Part shown: positions 1-9,829 of the stretch, piece after piece
Layout: each line of letters starts with the position of its first letter
Position numbering within the stretch: position 1 is the first letter of the stretch
Assembly: GCA_040766775.1 (NCBI GenBank)
Contig: JAXGPT010000007.1
Location: forward strand, 1,500-65,499
Source of the DNA: Bacillota bacterium
GTDB taxonomy: Bacteria; Bacillota; Clostridia; Ch29
Direction of reading: 5' to 3'
DNA: 64,000 nucleotides
Notes under the pieces: generated by a model
What the model was told of the DNA's origin: nothing
Seen by the model: the letters and a program-made list of their open reading frames with translations, nothing else
Database searches by the model: none
Program-made: the position numbers and the translations under genes

Positions 1-302
1 TTGTCCCGTAGGATGTCCAGCACTTTACTTCTTGCTTCCGGGTCCCTCATTTCTATAGTCTCAAGAAGTTTCTTATCCTCAACAACTTCCAAATAAACGT
101 TCATGGAGATAATACTCCTTGTGCCCCTCAGGTTGGTCTGGAATTTATCGCTGGCCGGGATTATCACCGTTTTCATTACTTTATCTTCGCCCACTTCTCC
201 CTTGGCTGCCATACTGCCGGTTACAATATATACCGCTAAAAAAACCATACCCACCATTACCAGAAAAGCCAGTAATATAATTAGAATATTTTTCCCTTTC
301 AT
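1..302 (-). CDS. fliL: flagellar basal body protein FliL (3' end beyond window)
   Basis: Manual translation from ATG at 302: MKGKNILIILLAFLVMVGMVF (one TM) then soluble domain; directly after motB. Confidence 0.8.
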   Translation of the reverse strand, partial: MKGKNILIILLAFLVMVGMVFLAVYIVTGSMAAKGEVGEDKVMKTVIIPASDKFQTNLRGTRSIISMNVYLEVVEDKKLLETIEMRDPEARSKVLDILRD

Positions 303-316
303 TTCGCCACCTCGTT

Positions 317-1055
317 TTATATTGGTTCATTAAGCTCAAAGCTTTTTCTTAGAATGACAACGTCCACCCTTCTATTTTTCTGCCTGTTCTCTGCGGTATC
401 GTTGTCGGCAATGGGGTGGTACTCGCTGTACCCGGCAGCCGAAAGCCTTGTCGGGGCAATTCCCACCTTTTCAATAAAATACTTAACCACATTCACAGCC
501 CTGGCGGTTGACAGTTCCCAGTTGGAAGGATAAAGCAGCGAATGCATCGGCACATTGTCCGTATGCCCTTCCACCCTTATGGCCCTGTCGTTTTGCTTTA
601 ATATCTCTCCAATGCTTTGTACTATGGGCTCCCCGTCCTTCCTTATGACTGCCTTTCCCGAGTCGAACAATACCTGGTCCTTGAACCGGATAAGCAGTCC
701 CCTTTCTTCCTCCCAAAACAACCGTACCTTCAAGGTTGTTCTGTTGTATGTATTCATCAAGCTGGCGGTACAGCCATTCCATGCTTTCCGCCTCCTGCTG
801 CTCCCTAAGCAGCCTGCTGCTCTCCAAGGCCTGGCTTATGTACTGGTCCTCGTCTATGGTTTTGCCACCGTCCAATATGCCCAGCGAACCCTGGAACGAC
901 CTGATTATGGCCTCGAATTTCATCGCGTCAATTACCGAGAAGGAAAACAGCAGTACAAAGAAGCAAAGCAGCAGGGTGACAAGGTCGCTGTATGTAGTCA
1001 TCCATTCGCTGGTGCTGGAGCCCTCGGCCCCGCCTTTATTTCGCCGTGCTCACAT
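317..1055 (-). CDS. motB: flagellar stator MotB (frameshifted in this sequence)
   Basis: ORF 483..1001 has WMTTYSDLVTLLLCFFVLLFSFS; ORF 317..760 has OmpA-like EGHTD, SNWELSTARA, NRRVD. Confidence 0.93.
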
Positions 1056-1848
1056 AGGCTTCCTCCCCGCTTTCCTTCTCCTTTTCCTTCTTTGACTTTT
1101 CCCTTAACTTGGGCGCCAGGAATGCCACCAGTTTTTCTTCTATTATCCTCGGGTTTTCTCCCGCCTGTATCGATAGCATCCCTTCCACCAGTATTTCTTT
1201 AAGGAGTATTTCTTCCTTGCTTCTCAGCTTAAGCTTTCGTGCCATGGGCAGGAAGAACAAATATGCCATAATGGCACCGTAAAAGGTGGTAATTAGAGCA
1301 GCTGCCATATTAGGCCCTGCGGAGGAAGGGTCATCCAGGGTTCTAAGCATATTGATAAGGCCTATGAGGGTCCCTATCATCCCAAAGGCAGGAGATATGG
1401 CCCCCATGGTCTCAAACAGGCTCTGGCCGGTACTGTGTCTTTCCTCCAGGAAGGACAGCTCGGTCTCCAGGATGTTTCTTACCAGTTCCGGGTCGGTACC
1501 GTCCACTATAAGAAGGATGCCTTTTTTCAGGAACTCGTCATCAAGCTGCATAGCCGCCTCCTCCAAGGCCAGCAGCCCTTCCCTCCTTGCCGTGTTGGCC
1601 AGCTCTATTATCTTTTCAATGGCCTCTGCTGCATTTAGTTCCTTCCCGAAGAACACGTGCTTGACACTTTTCAGTGTTTCAACCAGCTTTGGCAGCGGGA
1701 AACTTATAAGGGTTGCCGCAATGGTGCCCCCAATGGTTATCATTATGGAGGCCCTGTCAATATAAGTTCCTATATCCCCGCTTTCAAGTATCCCTATAAG
1801 AAGGAAAGCAACTCCAAGCAGTATTCCCGCCGCTGTTGAAATATCCAT
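1036..1848 (-). CDS. motA: flagellar stator MotA
   Basis: ARREGLLALE, PAFGMIGTLIGLI, ALITTFYG, GENPR motifs. Confidence 0.96.
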   Translation of the reverse strand: MDISTAAGILLGVAFLLIGILESGDIGTYIDRASIMITIGGTIAATLISFPLPKLVETLKSVKHVFFGKELNAAEAIEKIIELANTARREGLLALEEAAMQLDDEFLKKGILLIVDGTDPELVRNILETELSFLEERHSTGQSLFETMGAISPAFGMIGTLIGLINMLRTLDDPSSAGPNMAAALITTFYGAIMAYLFFLPMARKLKLRSKEEILLKEILVEGMLSIQAGENPRIIEEKLVAFLAPKLREKSKKEKEKESGEEAYVSTAK

Positions 1849-1857
1849 GTCCGCACC

Positions 1858-2055
1858 TCACTTCCCATAGCAAATCCCGTTGGTTCTTTTTTTATACTCA
1901 ATGACCTTTTCAATCACCTGGTCCACATTCTCGTTTACCACAATCTTTTTGCCGGATATTAGCGATATAACCGTATCCGGCGTTTCCTCCGCAAATTCTA
2001 TCTGCTCCGCGTTCACAACAAATTCCTTTCCGTTAAGCCTTGTTACCTTTATCAT
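1858..2055 (-). CDS. flbD: FlbD/SwrD family flagellar protein
   Basis: MIKVTRLNGKEFVVNAEQIEFAEETPDTVISL; between flgE and motA. Confidence 0.92.
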   Translation of the reverse strand: MIKVTRLNGKEFVVNAEQIEFAEETPDTVISLISGKKIVVNENVDQVIEKVIEYKKRTNGICYGK

Positions 2056-2122
2056 TTAATCACCACTTCTTTCGGCGGGGGCTTTTTTCCCCTATACCGG
2101 GGAAAGCCCCCGCCACAATTTA

Positions 2123-3385
2123 TTATCTCTTAAGGTTTACCAGTTCCTGGAGCATTTCATCCGAGGTGGTTATAATCCTTGAATTGGCCTGGAATCCCCT
2201 CTGGGTGATTATCATATCGGTAAACTCCTTCGCAATATCCACATTGGACATTTCAAGGGAACTGGGATTTATGGTGCCCCTTCCGTGTTCGCCGGCGGCT
2301 CCCACCGACGGCTGGCCCGAGTTGGGGGTTTGCACATACAGGTTGTTTCCTACCTTCTGCAGGCCGGAAGGGTTGTTGAAGGCAGCCAGGGCTATCCTTG
2401 CAATAACCTTTTGCTGGCCGTTTGAGAAAATCCCGGTGGCCACCCCTAATGCATCGAAGTTGAAGTCCTCAAGGCTGCCCAGCGGATAGCCGTCCACCTC
2501 CAGCGGGTCCACACCGGATTCCGAGGCGAACTGGTGGATGTCGGATATGTCCACTGTTATGTCCTCGGATATGGGGTATCCTGCCTGTATCGTAAAGGTC
2601 CCGGCCGAAGACAGCCTTCCGTCGGTAAAGGTTAATGTCGGGGGGTTACTCAGGACTATACTTGCAACCGTCCCGTCGGGCAGTGTTACCGCCACCGCAT
2701 TATCAACCGGATTATCGGGGTCAAACAGACTTTCCTGGATCCGCCACTCATCATCCGCAGTTTTTACCAGGTTAAAGGTCAGCTTGTTTTTCCTGCCCAG
2801 CACATCGTATATTTCCGTTTCGAAGGGCACAATTCCATCTACGGCTGTGTCCGCGTCCAGGTTGCCAATAATCTTTATCGCGCTGGTTGCCTTCGGCGGC
2901 ATCTGCATTCCCTCGGGTATCTGTATTGTACCCGGTGAAAGGGTGGTATCTATGTACCCGTTTTCGTCCGCCATCCAGCCCAGCACTCTTAGCCCGTTTC
3001 CGTTTACTATGTTGCCCTCTGTATCCCGTATAAAGTTACCCGCCCTGGTAAACTTCGGCGATCCACCATCGGATACGATAAAGAATCCGTTTCCCTCTAT
3101 GGCAAGGTCAAGGGGATAGCCGGTGGATTCTATGCTGCCCCTGGTGTGCAGCGTATCAATGGTGGCAAGGCTAATTCCTAATCCTATCTGCTGCGGGTTG
3201 GTTCCGCCCCTGCCGCCCTCCGGCGCCCCGGCTCCTTTTAGGGTTTCGCTGAATATTTCCTGAAAGGTTGCACGGGATGACTTGTACCCCACCGTGTTGA
3301 CATTCGAAATGTTATTTCCTATCACGTCCATCCTTAACTGGTGTGCTCTAAGGCCCGAGACACCAGAAAAAAGCGAACGCATCAT
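2123..3385 (-). CDS. flgE: flagellar hook protein FlgE
   Basis: MMRSLFSGVSGL...IGNNISNVNTVGYK; C-terminal LEMSNVD...QRGFQANSR. Confidence 0.95.
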   Translation of the reverse strand: MMRSLFSGVSGLRAHQLRMDVIGNNISNVNTVGYKSSRATFQEIFSETLKGAGAPEGGRGGTNPQQIGLGISLATIDTLHTRGSIESTGYPLDLAIEGNGFFIVSDGGSPKFTRAGNFIRDTEGNIVNGNGLRVLGWMADENGYIDTTLSPGTIQIPEGMQMPPKATSAIKIIGNLDADTAVDGIVPFETEIYDVLGRKNKLTFNLVKTADDEWRIQESLFDPDNPVDNAVAVTLPDGTVASIVLSNPPTLTFTDGRLSSAGTFTIQAGYPISEDITVDISDIHQFASESGVDPLEVDGYPLGSLEDFNFDALGVATGIFSNGQQKVIARIALAAFNNPSGLQKVGNNLYVQTPNSGQPSVGAAGEHGRGTINPSSLEMSNVDIAKEFTDMIITQRGFQANSRIITTSDEMLQELVNLKR

Positions 3386-3466
3386 ATTGCATGACCTCCT
3401 TTTTTCGAAGCTGTAATGCCTTCCTTCGGTCGTTCCGGAAAGCAGTGCCCCCTTATGAAGGTCCGG

Positions 3467-3850
3467 CTACACTATCACAGCCCCGTCAATATTTGTAAAA
3501 ACTCTATCCTTTAACGTTTCGCGGTTGGCCGCGGTAATTATAGTGGTGCTCTTTACGTTTACAACAAAGGCATTACCGTCCATAAGCACCAGGGTATCCC
3601 TGATTCCCTTTTGCCTAGCCCTTTCCACCGCCGTGTTAAGCCGTTCCACCTGGTTTTTGTCCAGCACAATGTTCCTGGTCATCATCCTTGCCTGGGCGTG
3701 CTTTGACAGTGTTATCCCGGGCTGGCTGCCCACCGCTTCAAGCACCTCTTTAAAGCTTTTCCCCTGCCTGTCCTCCAACTTCCGAGGTCTTGTGGCAGGC
3801 CTTCCTGCTGCGGGTATTATCCTGTTGTTTATATTGTTTACTCCGCCCAT
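3467..3850 (-). CDS. flagellar operon protein (TIGR02530-like)
   Basis: LSKHAQARM...RNI and VFTNIDGAVIV; between flgD and flgE. Confidence 0.85.
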   Translation of the reverse strand: MGGVNNINNRIIPAAGRPATRPRKLEDRQGKSFKEVLEAVGSQPGITLSKHAQARMMTRNIVLDKNQVERLNTAVERARQKGIRDTLVLMDGNAFVVNVKSTTIITAANRETLKDRVFTNIDGAVIV

Positions 3851-3877
3851 TTTCCCCGCCTCCTGTTCACGTCCTTC

Positions 3878-4384
3878 TTACCCAATTATTTCGAACTGTA
3901 CAGCTTCGTCCATGTAAATCAGCCTTCCGTCAATCTCCATCTGTACCCTTCCATCCTTAAAGGCCACTCTTTGGACGGTCCCCGCGATGGTTTCCTCTCC
4001 TTCTTCGGTTTCCAGCGCCACCGATATTTCCTTGCCCAGCAAACTTATGGCCTGGAAATTCTGCTGCATTACCAGGTTGTTGTTAATGCTCAGCAGGGCC
4101 TTAAAATTGTCGTAGAGCCCTACGTCCACCGCTTCTATAATGCCTGTCAGGCCTTTTTCGAAACTTTGGTTCAGGTTCTGCATTTGCTCCAGTGTGCTAA
4201 ACTGAGCCATCTGCGCCAGGAACTCCTTGTCGTTTACCGGGTTAAGCGGGTCCTGGTTCCTAAGCTGGTTCACCAGGAGTTGAAGGAAGGCATCCTTACC
4301 CATGCCGCTTCTATCCAGCACCGTTGAGCTGTACGTGCCCTGGTATCCGTTTTCCGTCGCCGCGCTAACATTCATTATCAACAC
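3878..4384 (-). CDS. flgD: flagellar hook cap FlgD
   Basis: GKDAFLQLLVNQLRNQDPLNP...FLAQMAQFSTLEQM. Confidence 0.95.
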   Translation of the reverse strand: MLIMNVSAATENGYQGTYSSTVLDRSGMGKDAFLQLLVNQLRNQDPLNPVNDKEFLAQMAQFSTLEQMQNLNQSFEKGLTGIIEAVDVGLYDNFKALLSINNNLVMQQNFQAISLLGKEISVALETEEGEETIAGTVQRVAFKDGRVQMEIDGRLIYMDEAVQFEIIG

Positions 4385-4387
4385 CTC

Positions 4388-5641
4388 CTATGCCAGTAGT
4401 TCAATGGTGCCCTCTCCTCTCCAGGCCAGAATTTCCCGGTTTTCATCCTGCTCGTATGACTTTAGTTCTGTTCTTGCATGATAGGACTGGCGGCTTCCCT
4501 GGAAAAGTTGCTGCTGGCCTTGCCCGCCGTTCCTCCCCACATCCACCAGAAACTTGCTGACCGGTATTCCCTGCTGCTCGAGGTTTTCCTGCAACTTTGC
4601 AAGGTTAGCCTGGATTAGGGCCTTTGTCTCATCGTTCTGTACAACTATCCTGCCGGTTAATATGCCGTCGGTTATTGTAAGCTTCACCCTGACCCTTCCA
4701 AGGCTTTCGGGAACCAGCTGCATGCTTATTTCGGATTTCCTTGCCCCCAGCATGACTCTCATTCTTTCCGCCAGCTGGTTTATCACCCCAGCGCCATAAT
4801 CCGCGGTGGCCGGTTCTTGACCTTGTGTCTTTAAGCTTTGCATGCCCTGTCCTGTGTCGGTCCATTGTACGGTTTTTGGTTCCCCTGCCTGCGTGTCGTA
4901 TCGCACTGCTTCCGGTTTTAAGCTGTCTGATTCCGGGGCCGGTCCGGCCCTTTTACCCTCCGGCCATTGGCCTTTTACTCTTGTAGCATCAAAATCACCG
5001 CTGTCTGCCTTTACGCTGCTACCTGGCTGTTTTTCCGCTTCCACCGCTGTCTGGTCCTTTGGCTGCCTATCCAAATGAGCGTCGGTACCTGGAGGAACAT
5101 CCCCGGGCTGCATTGTTTCCCTGCCTGCTTCCGCCCTTAGGCCTTGTCCTTGGGATGGGCTGTCCTTTGACGGGGTAACCCGTTCCCCCTGACGGTCTTC
5201 CTCCGCCGGCCGCATAATTCCAATATCGGCTTCGGCTTCCGCCACACCTTCCGGTACTTCGGCCGGTACCTGGATGTCTGTTTTCACCTCCAACCCTGTT
5301 CCGGCAGCAGTATGAACCCCTAAGGCCTCATCCGTTTCAATCGTTTCACAGGGTGCTGTTGTATCGGCCTTAGCCGGCCCCTGGGTTTCACAGTCAACCT
5401 GGAGCGCCAGCCCCGGTCCCGCCAACATGAGTATTGAGAGGTCTTCGGTATTTCCCTGTCCCGGACTTTCGGTGTGCTTTTCTCCGTCAGTTCCCCGGGG
5501 TTTCTCTTCACCCATACCCTTCATGAGGCTCTTCAGCAGCCCGGAAAATGGACTTTTGTCCGGTACCGTTTCACTTGGAAGCGCCCCGCTGTCCTCTGCC
5601 GGCGGGTTCTCAACCGCGGTGTATAGTGCCGTCACCTGCAT
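4388..5641 (-). CDS. fliK: flagellar hook-length control protein FliK
   Basis: Low-complexity N-terminus plus C-terminal MQLVPESLGRVRV...LQENLEQQGI; precedes flgD. Confidence 0.88.
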   Translation of the reverse strand: MQVTALYTAVENPPAEDSGALPSETVPDKSPFSGLLKSLMKGMGEEKPRGTDGEKHTESPGQGNTEDLSILMLAGPGLALQVDCETQGPAKADTTAPCETIETDEALGVHTAAGTGLEVKTDIQVPAEVPEGVAEAEADIGIMRPAEEDRQGERVTPSKDSPSQGQGLRAEAGRETMQPGDVPPGTDAHLDRQPKDQTAVEAEKQPGSSVKADSGDFDATRVKGQWPEGKRAGPAPESDSLKPEAVRYDTQAGEPKTVQWTDTGQGMQSLKTQGQEPATADYGAGVINQLAERMRVMLGARKSEISMQLVPESLGRVRVKLTITDGILTGRIVVQNDETKALIQANLAKLQENLEQQGIPVSKFLVDVGRNGGQGQQQLFQGSRQSYHARTELKSYEQDENREILAWRGEGTIELLA

Positions 5642-5704
5642 ATGCTCACCTCCTTTCGTAGGTTTTTATTTGTATAAGGGGCTGTAACCCCGTTATACTC
5701 CTAT

Positions 5705-6289
5705 TCACTGAGCCGCCATTATTTCCATTAGCCTTGCGGCTTTCTTAGGGTCCATGGCTGACAGTATCTCCGAGCATTTCCGCTCCTTCATGTTACGAAG
5801 GATTGTAATAACAAGCTGGTTGTCGGGTATATTGTCAAGGATTTTCACCGCATCGGTAGCGTCCATGTTTTGATAGTATGTCACCAGTTCTTCCACGTTT
5901 CTTGCACGGGCTTCCAGCCTCTGCTGAAGTTCTTCAACCGCTTCCTTCTGCTTTTCAAGTTCTTCCTCCTTTGCCTTGAGCTGAAGTTCCCATGAAGCAA
6001 GGTTTGAAGCAAGTTCATCCAAATTTGCCCTTTCCTGTTCCATAAGCTTCTTAGCCTTTTCCAGCTCTTCCCTTTGAAGCTGTTCCGGGCTCTTGGTCTC
6101 CTCTACCGGTTTAAAGAACCTTCCTACCCCCGGCAGTGAAGCCAGGGTATTGTTGACCTTTGCGCCCAGCCCGGCAAAGTTGAAGGCTATACATAAACCC
6201 AGAAGCAATATTATTATCGCTATGGCCACAGCTGTCACCAACCGTGTCCTGCGCGTTTTTTTCGGACCCTCCATTTCCTTTTTGGCCAT
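5705..6289 (-). CDS. MotE/YlxF family protein (TM + coiled coil + MgtE_N-like)
   Basis: YQNMDATDAVKIL...EILSAMDPKKAARL; between fliJ and fliK. Confidence 0.85.
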   Translation of the reverse strand: MAKKEMEGPKKTRRTRLVTAVAIAIIILLLGLCIAFNFAGLGAKVNNTLASLPGVGRFFKPVEETKSPEQLQREELEKAKKLMEQERANLDELASNLASWELQLKAKEEELEKQKEAVEELQQRLEARARNVEELVTYYQNMDATDAVKILDNIPDNQLVITILRNMKERKCSEILSAMDPKKAARLMEIMAAQ

Positions 6290-6298
6290 GACTACCTC

Positions 6299-6742
6299 CT
6301 AAATCGTAGACCTCCTGTTATTCACCAGGTCCTCCAACTGCTTTTCCTGTTCCTTGGATAGATGATACACAAACCTTTCATAATGCCTGGCCTTTAACCG
6401 GTCCATCATTTCCTTTTTTTTGGAAGCATCTATAAGCTGGTCACGGCATATCTCTACTTGTTTCTCCATGTCGGACACATTTGCCGTCTGCCTGACAATA
6501 AAGTCCTTGAGCCGGTTCATGTATCGGCTGCATTGGACCAGGTACGCAACCTTTACACCTTCGCTGCATTTTTCATCCATTTCGCTAGCAACCGTTTTTT
6601 TCTGATTCTGCAACCGATGCAGCGTATTCTTTTCCAGTTCAAGCATCTCGCGGTATTTTGCCAGTTCCTCGCACTTTTTGTCCTTTACATACTCCCTGTA
6701 ATCCAAAACCCTCTGCAACTTGAAATTAAACCTGTCATTCAT
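6299..6742 (-). CDS. fliJ: flagellar export protein FliJ
   Basis: MNDRFNFKLQRVLDYRE...EQEKQLED; follows fliI. Confidence 0.9.
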   Translation of the reverse strand: MNDRFNFKLQRVLDYREYVKDKKCEELAKYREMLELEKNTLHRLQNQKKTVASEMDEKCSEGVKVAYLVQCSRYMNRLKDFIVRQTANVSDMEKQVEICRDQLIDASKKKEMMDRLKARHYERFVYHLSKEQEKQLEDLVNNRRSTI

Positions 6743-6753
6743 CCGCAACACCC

Positions 6754-8062
6754 CTAATCCAGCAGCATTTTCATCTGTTCCAGATGCCATCAAAACCGAC
6801 TTTTTCGTATATATCCTGCTTTAGAAATGTATTTATATCCTCTATCTTGTCAATGGCATAGTCAATTTCGGGATTGCTCCCGGGTTGTACGCTCCTATGC
6901 TTATCAGGTCCTCGGCGTTTTTATAAACGGCTGCAACGTCCTTATCCTACGGGCGCATCCCAAATGCCCTCATCCACAATATTCGGCATTACCCTGCTTA
7001 TACTCGCAACATGTCCACCGCGGGGTAATGGTTTTTATTTGCAAGGTTTCGTGAAAGCACTATATGCCCGTCCAGTATTCCCCTTGCGGTATCCGCTATT
7101 GGTTCGTTCAGGTCATCCCCGTCTACCAGAACCGCATAAAGCCCCGTAATGGAGCCCTCTGCCGCTGTTCCGGTCCTTTCGAGAAGCTTTGGCAGCATAG
7201 CGAAAACCGATGGTGTGTACCCCCTTGACACTGGTGGCTCCCCAATGGCCAATCCTACTTCTCTCTGGGCAAGGGCTACCCTGGTCAAGGAATCCATCAT
7301 CAGTATCACGTCCTTACCCTGGCTGCGGAAAAACTCGGCGATAGCGGTAACAAGCTGGGCGCTCTTCAGCCGTACCAGTGCCGGCTGGTCTGAAGTCGCC
7401 ACCACCACCACCGATCTTTTTAAACCCTCCTCCCCAAGGTCGTTCTCTATAAACTCCCTTACCTCCCTGCCCCTTTCCCCGATAAGTCCTATAACATTTA
7501 TATCGGCAGAAGTATTGCGGGCAATCATACCCAGCAGCGTACTTTTTCCCACGCCGCTGCCGGAAAAAATGCCAATCCTCTGGCCTTTACCGCAGGTAAG
7601 CAGGCCGTCAATGGACTTTATTCCCAACTCCAGTACTTCTGTTATCCTTTTTCTTGCAAGGGGGTTTGGGGGTGAATTGGTCACCGGGTAAAGGGTGCTG
7701 TACCGTAGAGGCCCCCGCCCGTCAATGGGCACACCTAGGCCGTCCAGTATCCTGCCCAGCATTTCTTCCCCTACCGGCACCTTTAGCGTACCCCCGTTGG
7801 CGGTTACACTGCTCCCGGGACCTATGCCTTCCATATCTCCAAGGGGCATAAGAAGCACTACGTTATCCCTGAAACCCACCACTTCAGCCTTTATTGGCTT
7901 TCCTCCCCGGGCGGGAGTAATCTGGCAGATCTCCCCGATATTCACCGGGGGACCTATGGATTCTATTGTAAGGCCAATCACCTTGCTAACCCTGCCGCTG
8001 TACCTAAGCGTATCCACGTCCTTTATTGCCCTGCTGTATTTTTCCAGCATAACGCTACTCAT
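6754..8062 (-). CDS. fliI: flagellar export ATPase FliI (3' part frameshifted)
   Basis: Walker [38 protein letters not shown]. Confidence 0.95.
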
Positions 8063-8821
8063 AACTCATAAGCTCCCTGAAGATGTGTTCTATTCTGGTC
8101 ATCTGCGCCTCAACTCCGGCGTCAATAAACCCCGCCTTCGTTTCAAGCAAACAGCTTCCCTGGGGCATAGTCTCCTCCGCCTCAATATCCAGTTGGGTTA
8201 TACCCTCAGCCTCCGCCAAAAGTCTTTTTTTGGACGCTACAACTACATCATAATCGTCGGGGGAAACTTTCAAGGTCGCACTGTTGGTGTAGGTGCATTT
8301 CTCCAAGGCCTTCCTTACCAGACCCAGCACCGCCTCCCGGTCGGTTTTTACCAGTTCCCCTAAAACCTTTCTTGCAATCTCAATAACAATCCTTGCAACT
8401 TCCTCTTCTGCTTCCCTTACCATGCGCTCCTTTGTTTCAAGAGCCTTTCGCCTAATTTCCACTGCCTCTTCCATCATTTCATCCACCGTTGCAAGGCCCT
8501 GCTGCCTTCCCTTATCATGTCCCTCGGCAAACCCACTTCGCTCGCCCTCTTCATACCCTTTTTCATAGCCCTTCTCATAGCCCTGCTCCTTGGCCCTCTC
8601 GTAGATTTCCCTGCTTTTTTCCTCTGCATGGGTTATTATTTGGGCAGCCTTTTCCTCGCATCCTCCAATAACCCCAGCGCTTCTTCCCTGGTGCTGTCTT
8701 CAACCGCCGGGTGCCCCGGGGGCTCCTCTTCCTGGCTTTCGTTATCAACCATCAATTCTTCCGTTTTTATTTCTAAGGGGTCTCCCAGTATTATTGAATG
8801 GGATTTTATCAGGCTAGACAA
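8055..8821 (-). CDS. fliH: flagellar assembly protein FliH (frameshifted)
   Basis: Fragments 8636..8854 and 8055..8486 ([16 protein letters not shown]); between fliG and fliI. Confidence 0.85.
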
Positions 8822-9821
8822 TGATTTCGTCCCCTCCTCCCCTTGAAATAACAATTTCTCCGGCGTCCTCCAGTTTTCTTATGATGTTTACAATTTTTTG
8901 TTGCGCCTCTTCTACGTCCCTCAACCTTACGGGGCCCATAAACTGCATGTCCTCGTTTATCATTTCCGCAAGCCGTTTTGACATATTGCTGAATATTACG
9001 CCGGCAACTGCTCGTTTGCCCCCTTGAGGGCGTGGCAAGAACATCGTTTTCCACTTCCCGCAGGAACCTTGTATTGACCTGTTGTCGAGAGTAATGATGT
9101 CTTCAAATACAAACATCCTTTTCTTAATCTCTTCTGCCAGTTCGGTATCCTCCACCTCAAGGGTTTCCATAATATTTTTCTCTGTACCCCTATCCACCGA
9201 ATTCAATATGTTAACAATGCTTTGTATACCCTGCGGAGGTATAGTCATGGGTCACCAGGGAGGATATCTTTTTCCAGCACCTTTTCCACCTGCTTTATTA
9301 CTTCCGGTGAAGTCCTGTCCATAATGGCAATCCTCTTGGCAACCTCCGCCTGTTTTTCCTGCAGGAAGGGAAGACAGTATCACCGAAGCCTGCTGAGGGT
9401 TAAGGTAAGCTAGTATTAGGGATATGGTCTGGGGATGCTCGTTTTGTATAAAATTCAGTATCTGGTTTGGATCGGCTTTCCGTACAAAGTCAAAGGGACG
9501 GACCTGTAAATACGACGTAAGCCTGTTGACTATATCAAGGGCTTTCTGACCCCCAAGGGCCTTTTCCAGCACCTCTTTCGCATACTCAATTCCACCCTCC
9601 GAAATATACTCCTGGGCAACACATATTTGGTAGAACTCTTCAATCACCTTGCTCTTTTCCTCGTGAGTAACCTTTCGCATATTGGCTATTTCCAGGGTCA
9701 GCTCTTCAATTTCTTCATCCGACAGATGCTTGAATATTCTTGCCGAATTCTCGCGCCCAAGGGCTATCAACAGAACAGCCGCTTTCTCCTTTCCGCTTAA
9801 CCCACCTTTTGTTCTAACCAT
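8814..9821 (-). CDS. fliG: flagellar motor switch FliG (frameshifted)
   Basis: KAAVLLIALG, EHPQTI, MFVFEDI, MGPVRLRDVEEAQQKIV across split ORFs. Confidence 0.95.
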
Positions 9822-9829
9822 TATCTCAC

